Part shown: positions 27,446 through 41,100 of the stretch, piece after piece | Numbering within the stretch: position 1 is the stretch's first letter | How the letters are laid out: each line of letters opens with the position of its first letter | DNA from: Syncephalis fuscata S228 | Lineage: Eukaryota > Fungi > Zoopagomycota | Assembly (NCBI GenBank): GCA_025786725.1 | Contig: JAHLTZ010000051.1 | Location: 48,797-112,796 of the forward strand | Direction of reading: 5' to 3' | Length of the DNA: 64,000 nucleotides | The notes under the pieces: generated by a model | Told to the model about the DNA's origin: nothing | What the model saw: the letters and a program-made list of their open reading frames with translations, nothing else | Databases searched by the model: none | Translations under genes and position numbers: made by a program

Positions 27446-27739
27446 GTTTACACAAGTAAGATAAAACAAAATACTCTTCAAAGGCGACACTAAGTGGCGT
27501 ATAACCTTTATAGACCGCGAGAAAAAGAGAAAGGTTGATAATGGCATGCGCATACCTGCATGTACTTGCACCCATTATTAATGATACATCATCATGTTAG
27601 ATTATAGGCTCAGTGCACGGATACCAAATAAGGAAGGAATCCCTTGTAATATATCGTGGGAAAATGCCAGTTTTAATGTTATTTAAAAACTGGTCTTATT
27701 AAAACTAGCACTTCCCACGATGTATATGCTTCCAATTGT

Positions 27740-29800
27740 TTTATTGAACATGGAACTGAGTGGTGAATGATGTCAGGGTCCATAATACTCATTATCATAG
27801 ATTGACTATTCAGTATGTATATATCCTCTATCTATCCACATCATTTCCATTGTATGCTCATACTACTATATATCACTACATCATACACTAAATACATTCT
27901 ATTTGTTATAGTTTTCAACACACGCCACTCATTTCACTTATTGCATCACATGCACTATAACTTCAACACTAATATTCATACATCCTCTTGTTTTATTTTG
28001 CCTTATATCATTGTATGTTTAAATGGCTGTTTATTTCTCGTTAGCTGTATTGTCACAGCTTAACTCTGGTTATTTCTTTACTCATGATTCACAAACACCC
28101 AAGTATAATAGCTTCCTCACCACCATTCATGCTTTTCTACTACTTTCTAGTGCTAATATGTCTTAATTGTATGAAACGGGCCAGTGATGAGCTGGTACAG
28201 CTATCATATTAAATAAAGTTAGCTATTGTAAGATGTATATTGTTTATTGTAGAATAAGCATCTATTAATCTACAGCCAATTGAATATAAGGACAAATTAC
28301 AGGCACATATACAATGTGGCTGTAGATCGTGTCGATTACTTTACTATCATTACTTTAATCACATTAAATAGACTTAACCAAGTATAAGTTGGTATAAAGC
28401 TATTCTTAGATGTGTTGCATTAGCATATAAAGTATAAGCCATTAGTATTCATCATAATTATTAGTTTAAAGCTAATCCCAATTAATTATGCTACAGGCCA
28501 TATAAATGATCGGCATTGTTTGAAATAAAGTCATAATTGATACTATCAAATAAACAGAGCTACTTGGTATGTTATATGTAAAGTTTAGTGTAAATCATTT
28601 TTACGCTTAATTGGTTAAATCGTGTAACCTAGATTTAATCCATCAGTTTATCGCACTGTAAAGATCTTGCTGATATTAGTGTTTGGTTAGTATGGTGGAT
28701 AGTAGCAAAGATTCTTTATACAATAGGTGAGCAGAGTGCTTTTTAGACAAGAAGATAAATGGCTTATCGCATACTAAACTAACAGGTACGTATACTAAGA
28801 TTCCTACTAGAGTGATGATGGCCATTTATACGGAAGACTACGATAATTACGTAGTATATTGGTCATATATGGTTTCAGGTGACTATGTTTTATTACATTT
28901 TCTGCAATTGCCGCAGTATATAAGCGACTTTACCACTCCTCTAAACCAGCATTGCCTTTTATCTTCTCTTTCTACTCTTTACCACTGGACATACGCTACA
29001 CTCATTCGCTCTTACTGTCATTAGTTGTTTAATATGCTTTGCACTCGCTGGACGTCTAATGATTACAGGATCGCTGCTGCTCATTATTTGGCATATTTAA
29101 GATAAGTAAACTAGTGTGTGCGCAGTGTAATACAGTCACTCTGTTAGCTATGTTGACATCGAGAGATATATAGTCACTAGACACTATATGATTTTGCGGA
29201 TGCATTCCAGCATGCTGCGAACGGTGTTAGACCACACTTAGCTGATTAGACTTCTGAATAGCGAATATGGTTATTGCTATGTGCTTGCCTGTTGTAATTG
29301 CATTGATGGTATTTGGGGGTATATGCAATATATAGTCTCTGCTTGGAGATATCACCTGTGCTAAATTCAATATGGAAGTGGTGATAAAGCTATGTTGTTT
29401 ATACAGCTTCCGCTATCTGGAACTTGCATGAAAGTGCATAGGATTTATACAATACAACGTATACAAACTGCCTCCATGATCATGCAGGGAATAGTAGTGA
29501 TGGGTGCAGTTGGTTGAATAGTTTATGCGCGCTAGTAGTCTTGGTCATGCTCACTGCAGAAGGCAAAGGAACTTGTGTTTTGTGGCTATGACCAACAGCT
29601 GTTCTGAATTCATATCAGTGTAATTGCTCAACAAACATTATTGCGGCGGTTAATTTGCATGCTAGTTTACTTATTTTATTTTAACTGATATAGATCCAAA
29701 AAATAGTTAAATTCGGCAAGAACAAGGCCACAATGCGCCACTAGTTACTTGGTTTGTATTATTATATTAGTGTTATGTAATTTTGTCAACTAAATAAAGG
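27740..29800 (+). repeat. Long M-family unit (M terminus plus about 2 kb body)
   Basis: Direct similarity to 61710-64000 (28960-29080 vs 63497-63615) and inverted similarity to 53350-55780 (29685-29765 vs 53385-53467). Confidence 0.85.
28990..29660 (+). pseudogene. Decayed secreted EGF-like-repeat protein gene inside the M unit
   Basis: TATATAAG, then a pyrimidine-rich leader, then a signal-like RYTHSLLLSLVV-ICFALAG; Cys fragments CIPAC-ANGV, CNCIDGIWG, GKGTCV; the paralog at 63530-63850 has CSCAF-GYG, CTPAC-VEGAC, CVCLRGY. Confidence 0.5.
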
Positions 29801-29914
29801 TAACGTTTTCTTTTGCAAATATTAACATATTACAATCAATTGTATTCAATACAACTACATCATACTAAATATTTAAATAAAATACCAGTGCTTTATTTTG
29901 CTAATTAAATTAAA

Positions 29915-30830
29915 TATTTCTATTACTGCTATTTAATAATTTATTAATATTTAATGTGATTTAGTGGTCAAATGATTGTATTTGATAATATTTATACATT
30001 TAAGTTAAACTTTCTTGCTATTGAACATGACGATGGGTGGTGAATGATGTCAGACATCAAATACTCATAATTGTAGATTTATTATCCAGTATGTATATAT
30101 CCTTTATTCACCTATATCATTCTCATTATATCCCACACTACTATACATCACTTTATAATATAATAAACAGTCCATTTGCTATAAATCTCAAGTATATATA
30201 GACTAACGAGTAAATGAACTGAGCTTTATCAATAATACAGCTAGAACCAGACGGACAGCGACTTTAGTCGGTTCGTAGCTCTTGTGTAATAAATCAATAA
30301 AGTTGTATAATGAATATCCAAACTAAAGTGACGATTAGCAGTGTCAAAGTTGTTGAAAATATATGCATGACCAATGAGCAGAATTAGTCAAGATTTATTA
30401 ATAATAAAGCTAGAACAAACATAAAAGCAGTTCTGGATAGAGGAAGACTAGGCGAGTATAGAATAGTATATAAAATGGTAAATGTACGGTGAGAAAGCAT
30501 ATAAAACGATGTCAAAGCTATAGTGTGTATAGCATAATGAGTGGTGTGAATAAAGTATATTGAAACATATAAACAATAGAATGTGTCTAGTATGTTATAA
30601 AATGGTATATATCATTATAGAATAAAATAGAATGATATAGGTGAATAAAGTATATGTATACTGAATATATGCATACTGGATAATAAATCTACATTGATGA
30701 GTATTTGATGATTGATGTCATTCACCATCAACTAGCATGTTCAATAGATTAGATGTTGTTAAATGTAGCCATTTGACCATTGGATCATGTTAAATGGCAA
30801 TAAATAAGACAGTAATAAATAAATCATTGG
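29915..30830. mobile_element. MITE-like unit bounded by inward-facing M termini
   Basis: M forward at about 29950-30200 and M reverse at about 30340-30795; no ORF; target-site duplication not identified. Confidence 0.6.
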
Positions 30831-30879
30831 CACTATTATTAAAATAGTTGGCGTAGATGCAGTATTGAATGTAGCTACT

Positions 30880-32760
30880 TGTAATCTAGCCATTCAAGTA
30901 TCAGTGACTTTAATTGAATACATGTACCAGTATTTTAGTTTTATTAAACAGAATAAGCACAACTTAGACAAACTAGTAATGGAGTCACAGTGTTATGTCG
31001 ATTCAGCAAACACCTCATGCGCTTCTTTATTAAATCTACCATTTCAATGTAATATATGTGTAATGCCCACCACCTCCCTCTTTATTACCACCACTTCAAT
31101 CAAACCAAAGCATTTAGCAGATGCGCAATAGCAATGCCAGTTAGTGTTGGGTAATATAAACCAGATAAGTATATGTCCCATTTAGAATCCAGTCCAAACA
31201 ATAGTACCAACGACAGTATACAGTATTGTTGTCGATGCTTGTGCCAACGAATTCTATAGTTGGTATTGTAAGTTGCATGCAAAATATTTGTGCCCGATAA
31301 CAAATGCAGTTCAGATATACTTGTTGATCCGGCACCAATGGTTGAATAGCTATAATAAAAGTGCGTTAGTATTGTTTAGTAGTAATAAGCACCTACATCT
31401 AGTTGATTGTTTCTTGCGTATAGTTTATAGTGTACACGAGTGTAGTTGTTTGTGTATTGTTGTTATTTGTTATACAAATAAACTAGAAATGTTGCTAAAC
31501 AAGATAGCAGCTAATACAGAAACTATACGTCCACCTGGAGTACCGACAATACTACGACTTGGGCGTAAGTAACATTTGTCAGATGCGTACAGCTCTATAT
31601 TAGCTGCTATCTTGATGGCGATGCTGTTCAATAAATGTTACAAGATGCCATGGCAATTCAAGCGTAGCAATAAGCTGCACCAAACTATGGATTCACCCAT
31701 TTGTAGTTGATGTTTAGAGCTGAACACATGAACACCACAACATATTACAACTGAACAACACATCGCCAATACTGATATGTTATTAAATAATTGTAATATA
31801 GTAACCAGTCTACACTAAGACATTATCAGTAGTAGAGATGCCATTTGTTTTCGGCCGCTAGTCCTTGTTTATGTCAGTGTTGTAAAAATTAATAAAAACG
31901 GCAGTTGAAAACTAAAATGGTATGGCGACTAGTGTTCTATTACAATCGTTTAACAACACCCACAAGTAAACAGTGTAATGCATGGTATTCAGTACGAATA
32001 AGCCACATATCACACCAGTCTAGTGTGCGATGATAGTATTCAGCAAGTTGAAGGCTATCAAACACACCTCCAGTGCACGTTCAATACAAGTGAGCACTAA
32101 CATATGACCACCCATACGGGTCGCCGCATCAACATGAGGGAGTGCACAGCAATACTGACTTGCTAAACACAGTACTGCACACCCTGTTATCCCACATATC
32201 TCCGCACTATGCCAGTATACAGCCGCCTAGTACAGGCAACCATATAGTTGCTGAGCTAGTATAGCACAGTAGTCTGCACTACTGTATTCTACATTCAACA
32301 CAGCTCAAATGCATAACGCAGTATATCGTGATCAACCAACAAGGAGACCACTCACCACTGGATATAGCTACTAGAACAGATGCTTCCATTAACAAGCAGT
32401 TTACAGCATATTAACAACTAGAAACAAGAGAAAGCGAAGTAATGAGCAAAAGTACGCTCAGCACAGCCTTATAAGCTTATTCCAAAATATATCCACCAAT
32501 TAGAATGGACAATATTGGTAGAGTACATGACGACTGTTTATTGGTGTATTGCGCCTGGCTGGACCATTTTGGTGCACGGATGCCATTTCACCACTAGATC
32601 AGATGATAGTCCCTTTTTTATTCTACACTTGTCCACAAAACAATCATATCTGCACCAGTCGGTTGACTCGATTGTCCATCCAGCTATACTGAAGTGTGCT
32701 TCCATGTCAATTATAAATACAGGTGGCAATAAATATTTTATTAGCAGTTTATGTCTATTC
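30880..32760 (+). repeat. Family B duplicated segment, inverted copy of 16550-18580
   Basis: Collinear reverse-complement alignment; retains splice-like GTAAGT..TAG signals. Confidence 0.85.
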
Positions 32761-32989
32761 TATAGCAGAATGATAAGCATGTGAATGAATAACAACATCG
32801 CAATTGTATTGCTAGTGATTTAATAAAATAAATGGTTGATATTTATAAATAACAAAATAGTGTCAAATGAACAGCAGTTTTAGCTAGCGCATATCTAATG
32901 TATTATACAGTTATAGAATATCATAAATATACAATGAGAAAGTATAAATAGCAATATTGAAGCTATATTATTTATTAAGCAATAAAGCG

Positions 32990-33212
32990 ATTTAATATAT
33001 ATAACAAATATATTTGTCTGTATATCATAGAATAGTATATATTGTATGAATATACAATGGAAATGATATAAATGGATAGAGGATATATGCATACTGGATA
33101 ATAATCTACATTGATGAGTATTTGATGGCTAATGTCACTCACCACCCATCATTATGTTCAATAGATTAGATGCTATTAAATGCAGTCATTTGACCACCAA
33201 ATCATACTAAAT
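32990..33212 (-). repeat. M-family terminus abutting the CCP1 3' end
   Basis: GCATACTGGATAATAATCTACATTGATGAGTATTTGATGG..TGTTCAATAGATTAGATG..CATTTGACCACCAAATCAT; close match to 30670-30795. Confidence 0.85.
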
Positions 33213-33267
33213 GATGTAACTGATATTTATTGAATTAACACAATCAAATTCAGATTGTTTATTTTTA

Positions 33268-34622
33268 TTAACTCAATGGTTCAAAAAGATATGTCTTTGT
33301 ATTAGGCGGGAAATTTACACCGAGCTCTTCCAGTTTCTGGAATGCTTTGGCAAAGTCTGTAAAGAATCGCTTCTCATCTTTAGCGTAGATCTTGGACCAT
33401 TTGGCAAACTCTTTGTCTGTAAGCATGGTCATATCAGTCGGTAGCATCATTAGTTTGCCGGTACTCTTATCAACAAACTGCTTGGGTCCATTCCACTTCT
33501 TTTCAACCCAGTCTTGATCCAATAAGACTGTGAAGAAATCGTTGGTGAATACAGTAGGAGAGAATGTCCATGGACCTATTAACATTTTGTATATCAGTAA
33601 AATAAATAGACATAATCACTTCACGGCTACCTTCAAAGCCCGATCGATTTGCGTGGCAACGACCCAAGGCATGAGCACCCATAAGCGCAACAATTTCCTG
33701 GTCATTGAATCCCATGCGATAGAAAATATCGCGGACATGTTGTGAGCCTTGAGCAGCATCGGGTAGACGGCCATCTGGTGTACAGTCAGCAGCCAATTTG
33801 TCGGCACGACCTGGACGCCATGGGATTTGTGGACCACCCTAGAATACATAGATAGATACACAGATAGTTGGATAGATTAGTGAGTCGGTAGTTAAATAAA
33901 CAAGCTTAACATACCATCTCCTGTATTGCCACTACACCACCTAATGACCATAGATCGGCATAGCTAATACCTGGGAATCGCTTCTTAACTTGTTCGATAT
34001 GATTACGCGCGTATTCAAGACCGGCATTGGCACCATGTGATGACTAGAATGCACAATATTTGACAGTGAATAAAGATGACGTGATTATTTCCTTTTCCTA
34101 TCTACTTACCTCAGATTTAAAGCGCATGGTAGCGCCGTCACTACCACCGGTATTAGTGTTCTTATCATAAGTACCAGCCGCATGCCAGGCCAATCGCAAT
34201 AGAACAGGAGCGTAGCTACCATCATCGTAGTCATTATCCTCAAGAATCTCTGCAATAGCCTTATAGACAGCATAGTAGTCTACAGAGCCAGCTGCAGCTG
34301 CGCTAGCTCCAGCCTTTGTCTTGCTATTGGAGGATGACGGTGGTGCATTAAGAAAATAGGCTACACCCGCTCCAACGCCAACCAATAACGCGGTATAAGC
34401 AAGAAAGTTGGCCCGTTTTGGTGGCGGAATATTGTGGCCCTGCTCCGTCGACGAATAGTGACGAAGACTTAGAAGGGAGCGAGCAGTAGCCGCTTGGCTA
34501 TTAACGGCCGCGCGTTGAGATGCTACAGCAGACGAGGGCGTGAAACGACTTGCTAGTGCAGCCGACGATAGACTGCGCGAAGCAGTGGTCGGTGCACGTA
34601 GAACAGTACGAGTAAATAGCAT
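33268..34622 (-). CDS. CCP1: Mitochondrial cytochrome c peroxidase, 4 exons
   Basis: [78 protein letters not shown]; presequence plus hydrophobic segment. Confidence 0.95.
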
Positions 34623-35190
34623 ATTGATATCAATAAATATGAAAGAAAGTGAGAGTGCTACAGTGAATCGATGTGATAGACAAGGCGCGTAGGGATGAGT
34701 AGTGAATGGGAGAGTGCAAGAGATACGTACGTACTTGTACATCCATGTTGCTCATTAGAGGTGGGCTTTTAAATCCAACACGGCCTGAGCTTTCGTCATT
34801 CCTCTCACCATACGGTCACTAATGCATGTGCACAGTGTGTGGGGGATTGTTTGCCAAATAGCAATATGAATAGTAACTACATGTGGCGTGTAAAGATTAA
34901 TAGGAAAATAGCGGTAACACATAGAGTGGATCGATGACTAAAACTATCAAAGTAATTAACAGTTTATAATATGAGTCAAAACAACTAACTATGTATAAGA
35001 ATGGTTGATGGAATGAATAAAGAGAAGAGATAGTGGTGGCACTATTGAGAGTAAAGCTCATTGCCAATATTCACCGACTGTGTCTCCATTTCATAATTAC
35101 TATTGCTACTCGTTAACCATCTATATCGTTGATAGTACAAACCCTGGTTAAGTATATATATATAGTTTTATATATATATGTATAGATATC

Positions 35191-38100
35191 ATGGAGTGGA
35201 ACGAATTCTGTGAAGAACAGCAGTTGGTGACGCGACTATTAAGCGCCCAGCTTACTGTCAGAGCTGAGCTGTTCCGCAATCAATTATTGCCGCGACTACG
35301 CCATGAAGGTAAAGCGTTGTACTGTTAGCAATAGACATGAGGCGGTTGGATCTAACGCGTCTCTCGTTATTTGTAACTGAATAGATGTGTCACCGCAAAC
35401 ACTCGTAACGCTATTGCGATTATTGACGTTTACGGTGCCGCGTTACCATGATAGCCAATCGCGACGATTGGTTATGGAAGTGTTGGAGGCGCTATCACGC
35501 GTTGAAGGATTTGATAACGTAGCTACTGCCATACTTGTTGAGGCCAGTGCTAAAGCAGGACAAGAGTCAGCCATGTAAGTTTCATTCATACTATATTCAT
35601 GTCAAAGTGTAAATTAATAACTGTTGAATTAAATTAAATAGTGTTGCAGCCACTGATCGATATGTTTTATTAACATGGGCAAATCATTTATGTTCACTTA
35701 TTCTATTGCGTTCTTCTAAGGATGGTGACAATGATAAATCAATTAAAGTGGATGAAACAATTTGGCAATCCCTTGTAGATTGTCAAGCAAGTCTACTTAA
35801 TGCACTACTCGTTGACCAACTAGCACGTCGTCGTGTACAGCAAGCGGCCATTGCTTCAGTACGACGCACTCTACGTCAAGTAAGTAGTGTTGACTAGCTA
35901 GTTAGTTAGCTAGTTAATAGTAATTGGTTTACTAATGATCGTAATACTAGCATGTAAAAGATGCGCCACTATGGATTCAATCTTTATTAAATAAAGTGAC
36001 ACCAGCTCATCGTAATCTGGCACTATTAGGCATTGTATTGGATGTTGTTGGCAATAAAGTAGAGAATAAGGTAAGTAATATGGATAGTACAAGTATTGTA
36101 TACTCAAAATATGTATAAATATGTGTATATATATAGACAGCGATAATTCAATATTATGTGGATACCGTGTTATCAGCCAAACAGAAATTACCCAATTATG
36201 TTTCAGTAAGTTACAAGCTATACTGAATTATAAAGATAATTGCTAACAATTATTATAAAGACGGCTTTATCTGGATTCTTTTCGCAAGCATTGACAATTG
36301 AAGATACACAACAGCTGATTGTGCCAGTATTAGAAAAGATGTTACTTCGATCGCCAGAAGTAGCATTAGCCTGTAAGTAATTTAATCTACTAAATATTCT
36401 ATACTATTTACGCTAATGATGGCCTTAATATAGCATTACAAGAACTGACTCATGCTGTGTCATTTGATGTGTCGACCATGTTTAAAGATAAATGGATGAA
36501 TCCATTAAAGACACAGCTAGTATCTACATCAGAGAAAGTACGAGCTGATGCTGCTGCGGCGTTTGTTACATTAATTCAAAAGTCTGATGATGAAGAAGTG
36601 ATTGAAGCCATTGTAAAAGATCTGCTTAGTCTATTGACCACTGGTAAGTAGATGGCATTAAATGACTAGTAATAGCTATTGATTGATTAATAGGTAAAGT
36701 GTCTACATGGGGCCATCGACAGATTTATTACACGCAACTATCGCAATTTATGGATCGATTTGACCATATTGATGATGTATTGCTCCAAGGTGCTGTGACT
36801 ATGCTGCCTAAAGAGAATAATGAAACAGCATTTGGTTCTCTAGTTCAACTCGTTGTTAAAGGTGTCTTTTTACGAGCATCCACGGATAATGGAGATGTGA
36901 ATAAGACAGCAATACAAGCATTGTCTAAGGGATTGGAGAATACGAAGCCGGCCCTTCGACAAGCTTGGTACATTGCGCTTGGTCAATCTGCACTCACTCA
37001 ATCCATATCGCCGGAGTCTAGTTTGGCCCATCATTTGTCGGATATTATAGCGATTCTTATTAAGCACGTGCAACAACAGGCATCGACTAAAGCTACCGCT
37101 GCCACTACTGGTACTAGTACTGGATTACTGGATGCGTATATTGCTGTTACTATTATTGAACGGGCCCGATCCTGGTTTGTCACCTCCACTGACCACGAAG
37201 TAAATGTCCTATTGGCCAAGTCTCAATACGAAGCCACTCTTCTTAAAGAAACGTCATTTTTATTTGCCGAAAAGATAGTACTCAAACTAACGGGTGAATC
37301 CATTCAATGGTATTTACAAGCGATTACGGCATTTACTGCCAACAATTACGTGTTACCCGACACCTTACAGTAAGTGTTTAAAGGTCATTATTCAATAATT
37401 AGTGGTAATTAATACTGGTGGTGGTGGTGGTGATGATGATGATGGTAGATTGTTGTATGGTGGTGCGTTTATTCACTTTATGTTACATGGCACAATGGAG
37501 GAGCGTCGATTGACTGATCGTGTACTACGTCAATGCACAGAGTCTAATCCCCTACTAGTTACCGAGTCTATTCAACGGGCCCTATTACACTGGTTACCTC
37601 AAGTAATTAAGAAGATTTAATAACTAGTCAACTACTTACTTGCTGTTTATTTATTAGATGGAAAAGGGACAGCGAGTGGAGGGATTGCGTTCAGATCAAA
37701 TTACTTACCGCTTAGTGCGTATATTAACAGCAGCCACTACCTTTACCGCTACATGTGATGCTTCTATTAGAAATAAGGCACTAGTACACTTTTTACTAGT
37801 GGCCCACTATCCACTACTAGGTAAATAGCAAGTCTATTGTATTATATTATTTAATTTATCGTATCTTATATATATTATATTATGAATGTGTAGCGATGAA
37901 GGCAGTAAATACACTTGGACTACACTTGCTCAACGAGCCAATTTTGACTTTTCCGTACTATCAGGCCATGTAACACAACTAATCGATCAAATCATTGATG
38001 GACTCTGTGACTCTGATAAAGCAAGTATAATGACCTATTAATGATATATTAATGATATATTAATACCAATCTATTATGTTATATAATAGAAAACTGCCTG

Positions 38101-41100
38101 TTTACGTATGGTGCCTACATTAATCTTTGTTGATGCAGACACTTTTGTACCTCGTTTGTCAGAATTAACTGTTTGTTATTTAAAAAATCAAGATCCAAGA
38201 AATGATACAGCATCAACATCAACCTCCATCCCAAGTATAACCGATGATGATTTAGCTATATGGCGTACAGAACCTGGTACACTCTATGTTGATGGTAAGT
38301 CGAATATCCCTACTCTAACCTATACCAATACGAACATCTATGTTATATAATAGTATTGCGTCGTGGTCCTAAAATAGCTGAAGATAAGAATCGTAAAAAC
38401 TACAACGACGAACAATGGGAAAGAGAACTTAAAAAGGATCTGGCCAAAAGAAAGGACAATCAGTTACACAGAAATTGTCTAAAGAAGAACAAGCACTTGT
38501 TGATACTCAGTTAAAGAAGGAATCAACGATTCGTGCTTATGTTCAACAATGGTACGATCATTTAACCCGAGGATTAGACCTTGTACAAGCATTAATGAAT
38601 GGCAAGACTAAAGTTGAAGCTTCATTGACTCAATTGACACCGATTCTATTAACAATTCTACAACAAAATGGAGAAGCATTAGTAGGCAGTCAACTGGCCG
38701 ATGCCTTTATAGTAAGAAGTGGCCATCTATCTATTGATACATCTATTAACGTATTTGTAGGCATTGAGTGAAGGTTTATCAGATCGATTGGGTCATGCCC
38801 GTACCACAATTGCCCGTGCTATATTGCGTGTATTTAATGCCCAAATGATTCATGAAGAATGGCAACGTGAACCACTTAAAGGTAGCTATATGTTATAGTA
38901 TATAATACATTACACTAACATTTGTTGGTAGAATTGGTTATTCGTGCCCTGTATCGTATTCGATTTGCTACTGAACAGAAACCATTACTGCCTGGTTCAT
39001 TCTCGTATGGCTATCCATTAATCCAACGGGTTATTGAACATAATGGTATTGGTTATCCGGAAGGATTTGTTGAAGTACTGGACGATGAGACAGGTGTTAC
39101 TGAGAAGACCACCGAACAAACGATGGTGTCTATGGACATTTTAAGATTCCATGCTCAATCAGGTAATTAGGGCTATTAACTAATGGATTACGGTGTATTT
39201 ATGTAATGTGGTGTAATTAGGTGATCAGTCATTGATGCCACGTCGAGAAATACTTGCCTCATTACTTGTAGTCATTCGTGATTATTCAAAGTTGATGCAT
39301 CAAGCCAAGGTAGATTAATAGTTATAATACAATGGCTATAACCCAATAGTAATGTGTATGTATATATATATTGATTAATAGGAAACATTGGAGACATTCT
39401 GTGATGGCATGGCTGAAGATGTGACACGTTATGAGATTGATACTTTGTATGAAGCATTATTATGGTCATCTGAAATGGTGCGCATGGCCTGTTTAGATGC
39501 ATTATCCGTAAGTTGAATAGATTATATGTAATTATTAGTATTGGTGCTAATACACTGTATAGTCATGGGACTTGAATCCATTTGGATATAGTCGTGAATT
39601 GTGGACTGCTTGTCATGATGAAGATAGTACCATTGCTGCCACAGCTACAGCTTGTTGGACTGAAGCACAACTAAAAGTACCAAGTAACTATCTAGATGGT
39701 CTACTAGATTTAATAAGTAAGACTAGATATACTATAATATATATATATATATATACTAATTATATATTATTAATAGTTCATGGTGCATCGGTTATTAGAA
39801 AGAGTGCTGGACGAGCACTAGCAGATGCAGTGCAACAATATCCATCTACACTTCAATCTACGCTTAATGCCATCTATAAAGAATATGCAGAACTAGTAAG
39901 CAGTTAATGTTAGTCGTAATTATTAGTTATATTAATGTTATTATTGGTATTTGATAGGCAGTTGCGGCTATTCCAAAATATGATAAATTTGGTCTAGTTA
40001 TTCCAGAGACGGTGGATCAAAAGGATCCATGGGAGGCCCGTGTGTCATTAGGCCATGCCATTAAAGCGTGTGTGCCTTTATTGACCAGTACTGAATTACA
40101 GTCACTATTTTCATTTTTATTAGCCGGTGAAGCACTTGGTGACAAGGAAGAAGGTGTCCGTCAATCCATGCTCGAGGTAACTAGCTACAATATCAAAGAG
40201 TGTGTATATTAATTGCCTATTTTAATGGATAGGCGGGTAATACGGCGATCAAGTTACATGGTAAAGACCAATTACCATTAATGACGGTATTTGAAAAGTA
40301 TTTGAAGTCACCGGCCAAGGCGAGTGAAGTCCATGATCGTATTCGTGAAGGGGCCGTTGTTTTATATGGCAGTATGGCTCAGTTCCTCGATAAGACCGAT
40401 CCACGTATTCGATCGGTTGTTGACCGTCTAATTGACACGCTGAAGACACCGTCCGAGTCGGTACAACTAGCCGTGTCAGAGTGTATTTCTCCACTAGTTA
40501 AGAGTATGAAAGAAACGGCACCAGGTCTAGTGGATCGATTGGTGGATCGCATGTTACATGCCAAGAAATACGCTGAACGTCGTGGATGTGCCTTTGGTCT
40601 AGCGGGTGTGGTTAAAGGCTATGGTATATCATTATTAAAGGAGTGCCACATTATGTCTACGTTAAAGGAAGCGGCTGAAGATAAGAAGCACATCTATACA
40701 CGACAAGGCTCTATGCTGGCCTTTGAAGCATTCGCCCAGCTACTTGGTCGTCTATTTGAGCCATATGTCATCCAGGTTGTTCCACTGTTGCTATCTGGAT
40801 TTGGCGATAGCAGCAAAGATGTACGTGATGCCACAATTGAAGCAGCCCGTATGATTATGAGCAAGATCAGTGGCCATTGTGTCAAATTAATTATGCCTTC
40901 ATTAATGATGGGTTTACAAGATCGACAATGGCGTACACAACGTGGATCAGTGGAACTGTTGGGTGCCATGGCCTATTGTGCACCTAAACAACTATCGGTA
41001 TCATTGCCGCATATTGTACCACGTCTAGTTGAAGTGCTGAATGATGCACATCAACAAGTACAAGAATCGGCGAAGGAAGCGCTACTAAACTTTGGCCAAG

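Noticed and set aside
30690-30745. TTGATGAG in reverse M copies as a hammerhead ribozyme core
   Set aside because: No CTGATGA consensus and no GAAA after a stem
37417-37446. (GGT)n(GAT)n read as poly-Gly/Asp coding
   Set aside because: Lies inside a GCN1 intron (GTAAGT at about 37370 to TAG at about 37448)
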